A DNA stretch of 33,989 bases from a virus (Duplodnaviria; Caudoviricetes), in IMG/VR virus record IMGVR_UViG_3300038608_000037, positions 1-33,989 of that record, one strand, 5' to 3'. Shown in pieces: positions 16,548 to 25,799 of the stretch (position 1 is its first letter; each line of letters starts with the position of its first letter). A program made the translations under genes and the position numbers. The notes beneath the pieces were generated by a model. That model did not search any database and was not told where the DNA came from. It saw only the letters and a program-made list of their open reading frames with translations.

Positions 16548-17255
16548 ATGGAAACAGAAAAAATACTCAAGGCTATAGCCGACTTAGCGTCCAAGATAAA
16601 TATAGTACCCGAAGCAACTAGATCAGTTGACTTAAAGCAATTATTTGCTGCATTAGCAAAAGCCCAAGGAGAAATGGAAGTAGCTGGAAAAAAAAGTGAA
16701 AATCCCTACTTTAAAAGCAGATATGCCGATTTAGCAGAAATAGTACGGGCTTCTCGTACTTATCTCTCTAAAAATGGTCTTTCAGTTATACAGCAGATTC
16801 TACCAAATAATGATGGCCAAAGTATTTTACATACTATATTAGCACATGCATCTGGCGAATGGATCTCTTCCCAAATGAGAATTACGCCACCAAAAGCCGA
16901 TATACAGACACTGGGTAGTTATATAACATTTTTACGAAGATATAGTTATGCTTCTCTTGTCGGAATTGTATCGTCAGAAGAAGATGATGATGGTGAAGTA
17001 GCAGTAGCAACAGAGCGCGAGTTATTTGCTAAAGGACCAGCAGAGGTCTATAAACCAAAAAATGAATCATATGATACTGTTTCAAAAGACCAACTCGATG
17101 AACTACAGTATGAGTTAATTAATTATCCTGATATTGCAGAAGAAGTGCTTACAAAAATGAAGATACAAAGCCTCGCAGATCTACCACGTTCTAAGTTTAG
17201 AATATCTATTGAACGAATTAGGGAAATTAAAAATCTAAGAAATAGCGGCAAATAA
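16548..17255 (+). CDS. erf: ERF family single-strand annealing recombinase
   Basis: ALAKAQ, NPYFKSRYADL, L.HASGEWI and Q..GSYITFLRRYSYASLVGI..EDDDG. Confidence 0.92.
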   Translation: METEKILKAIADLASKINIVPEATRSVDLKQLFAALAKAQGEMEVAGKKSENPYFKSRYADLAEIVRASRTYLSKNGLSVIQQILPNNDGQSILHTILAHASGEWISSQMRITPPKADIQTLGSYITFLRRYSYASLVGIVSSEEDDDGEVAVATERELFAKGPAEVYKPKNESYDTVSKDQLDELQYELINYPDIAEEVLTKMKIQSLADLPRSKFRISIERIREIKNLRNSGK

Positions 17256-17273
17256 GACATACTTTTCTAATAA

Positions 17274-17318
17274 AATAAATAGTCCACAGTGTGCGGAGAG
17301 CAATGTGGACTATTTATT
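17274..17318. terminator. Bidirectional terminator-like hairpin
   Basis: Perfect 15-bp inverted repeat AATAAATAGTCCACA/TGTGGACTATTTATT between convergent units. Confidence 0.7.
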
Positions 17319-17337
17319 ATTTAGTTCATGAACAACA

Positions 17338-17455
17338 AGTTTATTTATTCATGTATTTTGAACCTCAGCTGGCTTAAAAGCCAGCGATTCTTGCTTCATT
17401 TGGCAGACCAATATCATTTCCATCCACAAGCTTTAAGACGGACATTCCAGCCGCC
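17338..17455 (-). ncRNA. Orphan IS200/IS605 right end, TnpB omegaRNA-like scaffold (17455-17358) plus putative guide (17357-17338)
   Basis: TTGGCGGCTGGA...GCTTGTGGA...ATGAAGCAAGAATC-GCTGGCTT-TT-AAGCCAGC-TGAGGTTCAA resembles tnpB 3' ends (remnant ILAAG...CG), with a subterminal hairpin and TTCAA end. TATAAT upstream. Confidence 0.7.
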
Positions 17456-17528
17456 AATATTATAAAGAAAGAAAGTGACAAATGATTGCGAATAATATCA
17501 TTTGATAAAAATTTTGGCAATTACATTT

Positions 17529-18092
17529 TTAAACAAAGGTCAGTCCATCAGCATTTGGAATAATAAATGCCGTATTAGCAATTGCACATACCATTCTTAT
17601 ACCTATTGCATCTAAAGCGCCAGTGGATACACTCCCCCCAACTCCCACAGTAGTAATCGCGGTTGTAAGCAATTGCTCATTGCCGATTATATATTGTCCC
17701 GCATTCTGATTTATTTGCCATCCATCTACGGCTGTATCTAATACTAATATTTGAAATGTATCACCAACTGCTGCAATAAGTGGAAGCGTGAAAACTACCG
17801 TTGCTGCGCCATTTACAAAATAACCATTATTACTTACTAAGTTAGTAGCTCCAACAGCTGTTTGCCAAGTAGTAGCTGTTACTGTAGAACCAAGTTGCTC
17901 CCAATTCGATATATTGCTTTCTATCGATGTTAACACATAGGATGTATTAGTTACTTGGTTTACCCATATAGTGCCATATGCTGCTTTATCAGATGTGGTT
18001 GGTGCCCGTTGTGCTATTATTGGTGATGGTGGCTCTTGTATTAAGGCCTGGCTTAATCCATATGCTACTTGTGATCTATAATTTGTACTCAT
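17529..18092 (-). CDS. Putative tail/virion protein (mosaic of two shared modules)
   Basis: N-terminus is homologous to 21412 and 22189; C-terminus is homologous to the C-terminus of 18105-20339. Confidence 0.7.
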   Translation of the reverse strand: MSTNYRSQVAYGLSQALIQEPPSPIIAQRAPTTSDKAAYGTIWVNQVTNTSYVLTSIESNISNWEQLGSTVTATTWQTAVGATNLVSNNGYFVNGAATVVFTLPLIAAVGDTFQILVLDTAVDGWQINQNAGQYIIGNEQLLTTAITTVGVGGSVSTGALDAIGIRMVCAIANTAFIIPNADGLTFV

Positions 18093-18104
18093 TTTTTTCC
18101 CTTT

Positions 18105-20339
18105 TTAAGTAAACGTTAAAGCTCCGCCTGTAGCACATTGAATAACAAATGCAGTATTAGCAATGGCACATATAACCTTTGCAAATTGCCAATTTATCGA
18201 TACTGTTGTAGCTACGTTACCACCAGTACCAACAGTAGTTACCTGGGGTGTTGTAGCGGCGCTTGAATTACCAATTATATATTGACTAGCATTTTGATTT
18301 ATTTGCCATCCACCAACGGCGGTATCTAATACTGCAATTTCAAAAGTATCGCCAACAGCAGTAGTTGTAGGCAATGTAAAATTAACCGTAGAAGCACCAT
18401 TAACAAAATAACCATTACCTTTTACTAAATTGGTAGCACCAGTAACAACTTGCCACGTTGAACCACTTGTAGAAGTTACACCTAATTGTCCAGTAGTAGG
18501 ATCTATTGTCACTAATTGTGTATTTGATACGGTATTTCCTGCGATGCCCTGTATAAAGCATGAAGTTGACGTAACTACAGCTGGATAAGCACCAGACGCT
18601 ATATTACCTATTCTTATTACGTTATTTTCAGCTATTGTTCCATTTTGACAGCCAAGAATAAGATTATTATTTTCAGTAGTAGTATAATTACTACCAGATC
18701 CATTCCCAAGGCATGTATTATATACCCCAGAAGCCATCTGACGTAATGATTCAAAACCAATGGCTATATTTGAATCATTTTGACCTGTATTGGGTCCCAT
18801 AAAATTAACCAATGAAGATTGGCCAATTGAAATATTATTTATACCAAACTGCATTATCCGCCCAGATTGCTCTCCAATGCATACATTATTTGATCCGGAA
18901 TCTATAAATTGACCAGCCTGCGGCCCGATGCATACATTTTCATTTCCAGAAGTAATACCCTGGCCAGCTGAAACACCAATGCATGTATTGACACCGCCCG
19001 TGGTAAGTGAATTTAATGATGCAAATCCAATGCCGATATTATCAAAAGCAGTAGTGAATGTTAATGTACCAGCATCATTTAAGAAAATATTGCCAGTATT
19101 AGTCGCATATATTAAGTTTTTTGTACCACTACCAGATTTAATTATTCCTTCTGTACCAGTGCTATTAGCAAATGGAATAACAATATTTCCAGCCGTAGCT
19201 GTAATATCACCGGTTTGTGATGTAATAAATCCTGCAGTAGTCCCAGCTGTGAATGACCCTGAAATAGACACCGTATCATCAAGATTTACCGTTACTATAT
19301 TGGTCATAGCAACAGTGTTAATATTAGATCCACCCGAAATGATTATAAGACCATCATTCGGAACTGCAGTACCAGTATCACCATCAAATTGATCGGCAAA
19401 GCCACTTAATGCGATGGATCCCAATTTATCAGTGCTATCAACTGTAACAACATATGCAGTATTTAATGTTCCAGTGCCATAGATACCACCGAAATAAGCC
19501 GTATTTTGTTGAAATGCTCCACTACCACTACTACCTATTCTGATTGTATTGTTATCTCCAACCACACCAGTAGATCCAATTAAAATATTATTTGATTCTG
19601 AGGTAAGTAATGCATTACCCGATGATGTGCCTATTGATACATTATTACTTCCAGTAGTTATTCCAACCAATGAATCAGACCCAAATGCCGTATTATTACT
19701 TGCCGTTGTGGCACTTAACATAGCATCAAATCCAAAAACAGTATTATTGTTACCGGTGGTGACAGCATTTAAAGCGCTATTACCCACAACAGTATTTTCT
19801 ATCGCTACGCCAGGTGTTAATGTAAAATTACCGGCACTCGTCCCTATAAACACATTACCGGCAAAATTTTGAATAAATGGCAAAGAATTTATTGTTATTA
19901 CACCTTCATCAGCAGTAGATAAAGTAGTAGGCAAATTAAAATTACCTGCACTAGCTGTTATATCTCCCGTTACTGATGTTATAAAACCAAGTGTGGTGCC
20001 AGCGGTAAATGAACCAGAAATAGATACATCATCGTCTAAGATTACTTCAACAGTATTGCCAGATGCTGCTGTATGTATATTGGCACTACCTACAATATTT
20101 AATATACCGCCAACTGGTATAGCTGATCCTGTATCACCATCAAACTGATCAGCCGTGGAACCACTTGATGTAATAGTCAAAGTATGTGTTAATGGATCAC
20201 CTGTAACAGTAATAAGTCCAGCTCCCACAACATTTATATTTCCTAGGATAGGTGAAACAGCACCGCCTGTATTACCCGTCAGGGTTAATACACTTCCAGC
20301 AGGACTAGTGCCATTAAAAAAAGAACCTGATTGACTCAT
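18105..20339 (-). CDS. Tail fibre/spike-like protein with Gly/Asn beta-helical repeats
   Basis: Many N(T/V)x(I/V/F)GxxA repeats, and a duplicated ~72-aa ADQFDGDTG...GDITA.AGN block. Confidence 0.75.
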   Translation of the reverse strand: MSQSGSFFNGTSPAGSVLTLTGNTGGAVSPILGNINVVGAGLITVTGDPLTHTLTITSSGSTADQFDGDTGSAIPVGGILNIVGSANIHTAASGNTVEVILDDDVSISGSFTAGTTLGFITSVTGDITASAGNFNLPTTLSTADEGVITINSLPFIQNFAGNVFIGTSAGNFTLTPGVAIENTVVGNSALNAVTTGNNNTVFGFDAMLSATTASNNTAFGSDSLVGITTGSNNVSIGTSSGNALLTSESNNILIGSTGVVGDNNTIRIGSSGSGAFQQNTAYFGGIYGTGTLNTAYVVTVDSTDKLGSIALSGFADQFDGDTGTAVPNDGLIIISGGSNINTVAMTNIVTVNLDDTVSISGSFTAGTTAGFITSQTGDITATAGNIVIPFANSTGTEGIIKSGSGTKNLIYATNTGNIFLNDAGTLTFTTAFDNIGIGFASLNSLTTGGVNTCIGVSAGQGITSGNENVCIGPQAGQFIDSGSNNVCIGEQSGRIMQFGINNISIGQSSLVNFMGPNTGQNDSNIAIGFESLRQMASGVYNTCLGNGSGSNYTTTENNNLILGCQNGTIAENNVIRIGNIASGAYPAVVTSTSCFIQGIAGNTVSNTQLVTIDPTTGQLGVTSTSGSTWQVVTGATNLVKGNGYFVNGASTVNFTLPTTTAVGDTFEIAVLDTAVGGWQINQNASQYIIGNSSAATTPQVTTVGTGGNVATTVSINWQFAKVICAIANTAFVIQCATGGALTFT

Positions 20340-20356
20340 AATTTTCCTTTATATAA

Positions 20357-20710
20357 TTAACCTACCAAAGAATTAGATCCATAAAAAGAGGATACATAAA
20401 CTGATCCGGTAGTTGGTGTTCCAACTTCTTTAACATAAATTCTTTGTCCCTGCGAAATATAACACCCCTGAGGTAAGCTTTTATTTGTGGTTATATCTAA
20501 TAATAAAAAACCCGAAGTGGGTAAAGTGAAATGATCATTTATACCATCTAATGAAAACATCACCTGTGCATCAGTTAGATTTTGAACATATATAATTCTA
20601 CTTGGGTTATCTAATCCCGTTCCGATCCCCATATAAGCGGCTCCAATTGAAGCCGCCGCAAGAGAACGAATTGGTTCAGCCAAAAGCCTAATAGCTAATG
20701 TCATAACCAT
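20357..20710 (-). CDS. Small beta-rich virion protein
   Basis: Paralog of 20718-21059 (I.N.....S.DG.N.H...G..Y.K...TGS). Confidence 0.65.
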   Translation of the reverse strand: MVMTLAIRLLAEPIRSLAAASIGAAYMGIGTGLDNPSRIIYVQNLTDAQVMFSLDGINDHFTLPTSGFLLLDITTNKSLPQGCYISQGQRIYVKEVGTPTTGSVYVSSFYGSNSLVG

Positions 20711-20717
20711 CCTTTTT

Positions 20718-21059
20718 TTAATTTGGTTGATAATATCCAGCGAGTATAATAGATCCCGTACCTACTGTATCAAAATTTTTAGCATACACTACAGTGCCTA
20801 GTGGCAAATTAGCAGTCTGATTTGTGGCACCATGATTAGCTTGAAATGACAATTGTATGGTGTCACCAAGATCTACAAAATCATGAATATTTACACCATC
20901 ATAGCTAATAAGTGCAGGTTCAGTAGAATTATTAATAATTCTTACAAGAAAACAAGCAGCTTCAGTTCCATCAGGATTTATCGCTAAAAATTCATCAGCA
21001 AACAATGAAGCATCTACCGCTTTTAGATTTAGAGCTTTTACCGTATTCTTTAATGCCAT
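20718..21059 (-). CDS. Small beta-rich virion protein
   Basis: Paralog of 20357-20710. Confidence 0.65.
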   Translation of the reverse strand: MALKNTVKALNLKAVDASLFADEFLAINPDGTEAACFLVRIINNSTEPALISYDGVNIHDFVDLGDTIQLSFQANHGATNQTANLPLGTVVYAKNFDTVGTGSIILAGYYQPN

Positions 21060-21066
21060 TTCATTC

Positions 21067-21333
21067 CTAAACAGGTTGATTGGGATCTTGAAATTCTGGA
21101 GTTTGCGCCTGCGTAACTTCCATATTAACTGGTGTTATAGGTTCTGCATTAACTTCACCAGCCGCTTGGGCTTTTAATTGCTCAACGCCCTTTTTCTGTA
21201 AATTAACTATGCCTTCTAGACAGGCAAAAACTGCATCATAAGCTTCACCATAAGGAGCACCGAGAGGAAGAATAACGCGATATACACGGTCATTTTTGGT
21301 TACTTCAAAATTTAATGTAGTTTTTAAATCCAT
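21067..21333 (-). CDS. Hypothetical protein, possible tail-fibre chaperone
   Basis: 88 aa, AAGGA RBS, located in the tail block. Confidence 0.6.
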   Translation of the reverse strand: MDLKTTLNFEVTKNDRVYRVILPLGAPYGEAYDAVFACLEGIVNLQKKGVEQLKAQAAGEVNAEPITPVNMEVTQAQTPEFQDPNQPV

Positions 21334-21411
21334 ATAAAATCCTTTTCTATAATTAATTCTTTAATATTTGAGACCAAACATACTATAAATAGAGTGATTA
21401 ATACATAATGT

Positions 21412-22164
21412 CTACGCGGCGCAGGTTACGTTTGTCCATGTACTTGCAGCGGTGGCGATATATAATCTAGTAACAGCACTCGCAGCAGTAGTATTTACAT
21501 AAAGATCGCCTACATTAACAGCTAATCCATTTGCTGGAACACCCGCACCGTTAATTATTCTTGTCGGTCCCGGAAGAGTAATTCCACGAGCTGCTGTAGA
21601 TATTATTACATCACCGGTAACTACCGTTATATTTCCAGCGACACCAGTATTACCAGTACTATTTCCTATATTGACAGCTCCCGTACCACCAGTTCCTATA
21701 CTTGTAGTACTTGCGGTTGCCGTGTTTATAGAAGTTGTGCCACTTATGGTTGCACCACCAGCAGTAACTGTCAGCGTGTTAGTTGTAGTAAGTGTACCGG
21801 TTACAGAAGTATTACCCGTTGCATTACCTATATTCACAGCACCAGTGCCACCAGTACCAATGGTAGTTGCAGCAGCACCCGTAGTATTAATAGTAGTAGT
21901 ACCCGTAAGTGATATAGGTCCCGGCGTTACTGTTAATTGGGTAAATGCACCACCGCCGCCACCAACGCCTTCCCATGTTGAAAGGTTATTAACTACCGAT
22001 GTTAAAATATAAGCTGCATTTGCAGTCTTATTTACCCATACGGTACCAAGAGCAGCACGATCAGCTGTAGTGGGCGCACGCAAGGCGATAATAGGCGTAG
22101 GTGCAACATTTAATAATGATTGTGTAAATCCATAAGCCGTTTTTAAACTTGGAATTGTACCCAT
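21412..22164 (-). CDS. Thr/Gly-rich fibre-like virion protein
   Basis: Tandem paralog of 22189-22938. Internal TTIGTGGTGAVNIGN repeat. Confidence 0.75.
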   Translation of the reverse strand: MGTIPSLKTAYGFTQSLLNVAPTPIIALRAPTTADRAALGTVWVNKTANAAYILTSVVNNLSTWEGVGGGGGAFTQLTVTPGPISLTGTTTINTTGAAATTIGTGGTGAVNIGNATGNTSVTGTLTTTNTLTVTAGGATISGTTSINTATASTTSIGTGGTGAVNIGNSTGNTGVAGNITVVTGDVIISTAARGITLPGPTRIINGAGVPANGLAVNVGDLYVNTTAASAVTRLYIATAASTWTNVTCAA

Positions 22165-22188
22165 TTTTCTCCTTAATTTTTATTATCT

Positions 22189-22938
22189 CTAAGCTGCCGC
22201 AGTTAAATTAGTCCATGCTCCAACACCGGTAGCCACATATACCCTTGTAGCTGCCGAAGCTGCAGTGGTATTTATATAGAAATCACCAACGTGCAATGCT
22301 AGTCCATTAGCTGGAGCACCAGCGCCACTAATAATATTTACAGGACCAGGAAGTGTGAAAGCTGATCCCGCTGAATTTAATGTGACATCACCATTTGTTA
22401 CGCCAACAGCACCAGTCAATAATATTCCGCCCGTAACATTTCCTATTGACACAGCTCCTGTGCCAGCAGTTCCTATACCAGTATTTTGAGCTGTAGCAAC
22501 ATTTATTGCCGTAGTACCATTTACTACCATGCCACCCGACGCCACGTTAATAGTACTCGAAGTAGTAAGCGTACCAGTAATAGATGTATTTCCCGTGGCA
22601 TTTCCAATATTTACCACTCCAGTTCCGCCAGTCCCGATTGTAGTAGTAGCGGCACCCGCTGTATTAATAGTAGTTGTGCCTGTGAGAGATATCGGGCCAG
22701 GAGTTACTGTTAAATTATTAAATGTATTACCGCCAGCTAGTGCTTGCCATGTAGCTGCATTATTAACAATTTGTGTAAGAACATAAGCAACGCCCGCTGA
22801 TTTATTAATCCACGTCGTTCCTAGCTGCGCTTTGTCTCGTGTGGTGGGAGCTCGTAATGCTATAATTGGTTGAGGAAATATATTTAGAAGGGCCTGGGTA
22901 AACCCATATGCCTCATTTAAACTTTGAATTGAACTCAT
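22189..22938 (-). CDS. Thr/Gly-rich fibre-like virion protein
   Basis: Tandem paralog of 21412-22164. Confidence 0.75.
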   Translation of the reverse strand: MSSIQSLNEAYGFTQALLNIFPQPIIALRAPTTRDKAQLGTTWINKSAGVAYVLTQIVNNAATWQALAGGNTFNNLTVTPGPISLTGTTTINTAGAATTTIGTGGTGVVNIGNATGNTSITGTLTTSSTINVASGGMVVNGTTAINVATAQNTGIGTAGTGAVSIGNVTGGILLTGAVGVTNGDVTLNSAGSAFTLPGPVNIISGAGAPANGLALHVGDFYINTTAASAATRVYVATGVGAWTNLTAAA

Positions 22939-23052
22939 TTCTCTCCTATAAATCAGTTTAGGTAAAGTAAAACTTATAGTAATTTAAATTGCAAATTCAG
23001 CACACATATGTTACATTTGTGGTATATGTTACTTAAGTAAAAAGGGAATGAT

Positions 23053-23256
23053 ATGGGAAAGATAGTACAGCCAATAAATGGTGAAGAAACAAAACAAAAA
23101 AGGATCTGTTTTAGGGGATATTTTCCGGTTGAAATACATTCAGTAATGAAAATGCATGCAGGTTTAAAGGGACAAACTTTAACTGAGTGGATAACAAAAG
23201 CGATTGTAGAACAATTAGGAAGAGAAAATACTTTAATTAGAGATAAAACGTTTTAA
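23053..23256 (+). CDS. Putative ribbon-helix-helix (Arc/HicB-like) DNA-binding regulator
   Basis: ICFRGYFPVEIHSVMKMHAGLKGQTLTEWITKAI fits a beta-alpha-alpha RHH pattern. Confidence 0.6.
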   Translation: MGKIVQPINGEETKQKRICFRGYFPVEIHSVMKMHAGLKGQTLTEWITKAIVEQLGRENTLIRDKTF

Positions 23257-23288
23257 AATAAATTTTACTGTAATTAAATTAATAGCAT

Positions 23289-23316
23289 AAAAAACACCCC
23301 AATGGTACTTGGGGTG
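23289..23316 (-). terminator. Intrinsic terminator
   Basis: CACCCCAA-GUACCA-UUGGGGUG followed by a U tract. Confidence 0.6.
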
Positions 23317-23420
23317 GATGTAAATAATAAATATTGTTTATTATTATGAGGTATAACAATGACAATCTTACAATTCTTTATACAGAAATACAATCAATCT
23401 AAAATGGTATTGGAGAAATT

Positions 23421-23591
23421 ATGTGGTTGCTAGTTTTAATCATATTAGGTACATACCTTTACTTTATAAATCCAACACTTTTAGCCATTATAGTTCTTTT
23501 TTTTGTAGCTAATCCTATATTTATTCTTGTATTATTAGCAATCATATTTTTATTAGCATACATAGGAAACCAACAAAATAATGATTATTAA
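23421..23591 (+). CDS. 56-aa very hydrophobic membrane protein (not in the ORF track)
   Basis: GGAG RBS. MWLLVLIILGTYLYFINPTLLAIIVLFFVANPIFILVLLAIIFLLAYIGNQQNNDY. Confidence 0.6.
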   Translation: MWLLVLIILGTYLYFINPTLLAIIVLFFVANPIFILVLLAIIFLLAYIGNQQNNDY

Positions 23592-25798
23592 TATCCTTCT
23601 TTAGTGGCAATTTCATCTAATTTTCTAGCATAGCGTTGAACAAGTGAGGCATTTTCTCTAGCAGCTGCTTGAACTAAATTTTTGTAATATTTTTTAGCTT
23701 CACCGCTATTTTTAAGCAATTGAGTAAATCTGGTAAATTTTTGAATCCCTAAACCTGCTCCTAATGCAGCACCTGCTGCAGGAATGACACCTGGTGCCTT
23801 AAATGCAGCCCCATATAGTATTGATTTAATTAATGGACTGGTCAGTTTTTCTGTTTTTACATCTTTTTGGATTGTTTTAGCAATATCAGAAGCTTGATTT
23901 AAACCGCGATGGATGTCATTAACTTTATGAACCGCTTCACCAAATGCTTTGTTTTTCTTACCATATTTATCAATAGCTTCATTTATTGATCCAACAATGC
24001 GACCAATATATTTTTTTGCAGCTGGTGGTGTATTTGGATCAGAAAAAAGTTCATTAAGATTTACCTTTTCATCCCATAATTCTTTTACCGAGGCTTTTCC
24101 ATTTTCAATTAATGATTTTAATCCACCAATCCTATCATTAATAAATGATTTAGCGTCTGTTTTAAAACCACGAGCTACTTCTCTGCTTATAACTTCGATA
24201 TCTTTTTCTAATTTAGGAACAGTAGTTTTAACAGAACCAGCTAATTTATCAATTGTTTTACCACTTGTGTTTTTAATTTCCTCTAAGGCTTTGCGACCAC
24301 CTGAAAATGAATATAAAAGAACACTACCAATTTTTGCTACTGCTTGACCAAGAGGTCCCGCACCTACTTTCTCTGCTAAAAATGAAGCAGTATTACCAAG
24401 TGCTGTTTTTATTACCGCACTTTTAAATGGAATTTTACCTTTAACTGGTGCTAAGAAAGTAGCTAAATCGGAAACAATTTCATCTGATTTTTTTTCAGTT
24501 TCAGTTTGTGGTTCTAATACTTCTCCCGTTAAAGCCTTGGTAATATTTCTAGCATTAAGATTTTCGCGTATAAATTTATTTGCTTCACCAATTTGTGGCA
24601 CCTTGCCTAAAGTTGCTAAATCAGCAGCCGTTAATCCTAATGATGCAATATCTCCTGGAATATTTGCTACCGATTCTAATCCACGCGCAGTTGATCGCGC
24701 CAAATGTCTTCCAGCTTCTTGCAATCTAGATGGTCCAGGAGCTTGCGATAATTGTGTGCCAGTAAATTTTCCTGGTTGTTCAGCTAGATTTGGTAATCCT
24801 TGTTGATTCGGTGATGTTTGTAAATCTGCATTTGTAGATGTAGATAATTTTGTTGCATTTCCACTAATTTCATCGGTATATTTTTGCCATAGTTTATCTA
24901 ATTTTTTTCCCGATATTTTTTCTACTTGTTCTTCCAATTCATCTGGTGTAATTTCTATATCTTTATTTTTTGCAAGAACTTTATTTAGTGCATCATTTCT
25001 TATTATACCAGCCTGTTTTTGAAGTTTTTGAAGTTTTATTATTTCTAATTTACCTTCATCAGTTTGAGATAAAGTAGCAAGAGTTTTAAAATATGTTGCT
25101 ACATCAAAATTTGTTGGTCGAGCCCCAAATGCATCTTTTAAATTTCTAATAAAACCATATATACCTTTGTTGTATACATTTGCATCAGTACTTAATAAAG
25201 CTGGAAAATCTAATCCTATTTTTTCTAATACACTATAATAAATAGGATTAGGCAAATTTCCTTTTTTAACACGTGCTTCTAAAGCATCTAATTCTCTTAA
25301 GTCATCTCGATTTGCCCTGCCGGCTTTCTTAATAGTTTGTCTATATTCTCGAGTTTCGGCGTTAAATTCTTTTAATCGTGCCTGTTTTTGCTTTTCTTCA
25401 AATTGTTTTTCTTGCGCTGTAGCTTTTTGTTTTTGTAAACCAATTTTAGTTAATTCACTTGCTTGTTGCTGATTTAATCCTTGTAAATTTGGTACATCTT
25501 TTGACTCAGATTGCCCCGCGCCAAGCAGAGAAGATAACGCACTTGCATAAGCATTTTGCCCGGGTTGTTGTAAAAATTGCTTTAATACCACTTGCTGTAA
25601 ATTTTCAGGAAGATTAGCCAGCTCGGCTGGGGCGCCCAAAGCCTGTAAGCCGCTAGCTGTTTTGCGTATTCCTTTTTGTTGTTCTATTTCAGATAGTTTA
25701 TGTTGAGCTAGTCCCTGAATACCAGCACTTAACCCAGTTCCAAGGGCCGTTCCCAATCTTTCACCCAAGCTATTGCCTGGTAATATTTGTACTGCCAT
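23588..25798 (-). CDS. Putative internal virion / DNA ejection protein
   Basis: 736 aa, helical, Ala/Gly/Gln/Lys-rich with amphipathic segments. Follows the nozzle genes. Confidence 0.6.
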   Translation of the reverse strand: MAVQILPGNSLGERLGTALGTGLSAGIQGLAQHKLSEIEQQKGIRKTASGLQALGAPAELANLPENLQQVVLKQFLQQPGQNAYASALSSLLGAGQSESKDVPNLQGLNQQQASELTKIGLQKQKATAQEKQFEEKQKQARLKEFNAETREYRQTIKKAGRANRDDLRELDALEARVKKGNLPNPIYYSVLEKIGLDFPALLSTDANVYNKGIYGFIRNLKDAFGARPTNFDVATYFKTLATLSQTDEGKLEIIKLQKLQKQAGIIRNDALNKVLAKNKDIEITPDELEEQVEKISGKKLDKLWQKYTDEISGNATKLSTSTNADLQTSPNQQGLPNLAEQPGKFTGTQLSQAPGPSRLQEAGRHLARSTARGLESVANIPGDIASLGLTAADLATLGKVPQIGEANKFIRENLNARNITKALTGEVLEPQTETEKKSDEIVSDLATFLAPVKGKIPFKSAVIKTALGNTASFLAEKVGAGPLGQAVAKIGSVLLYSFSGGRKALEEIKNTSGKTIDKLAGSVKTTVPKLEKDIEVISREVARGFKTDAKSFINDRIGGLKSLIENGKASVKELWDEKVNLNELFSDPNTPPAAKKYIGRIVGSINEAIDKYGKKNKAFGEAVHKVNDIHRGLNQASDIAKTIQKDVKTEKLTSPLIKSILYGAAFKAPGVIPAAGAALGAGLGIQKFTRFTQLLKNSGEAKKYYKNLVQAAARENASLVQRYARKLDEIATKEGY

Positions 25799-25799
25799 A

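Noticed and set aside
17358-17528. Intact IS200/IS605 element
   Set aside because: No tnpA or tnpB ORF and no recognisable left end. Only the 3' end scaffold is present.
17529-22938. Diversity-generating retroelement or invertase-driven tail switching
   Set aside because: No reverse transcriptase or recombinase. Paralog differences are not adenine-specific, and all copies are co-oriented.
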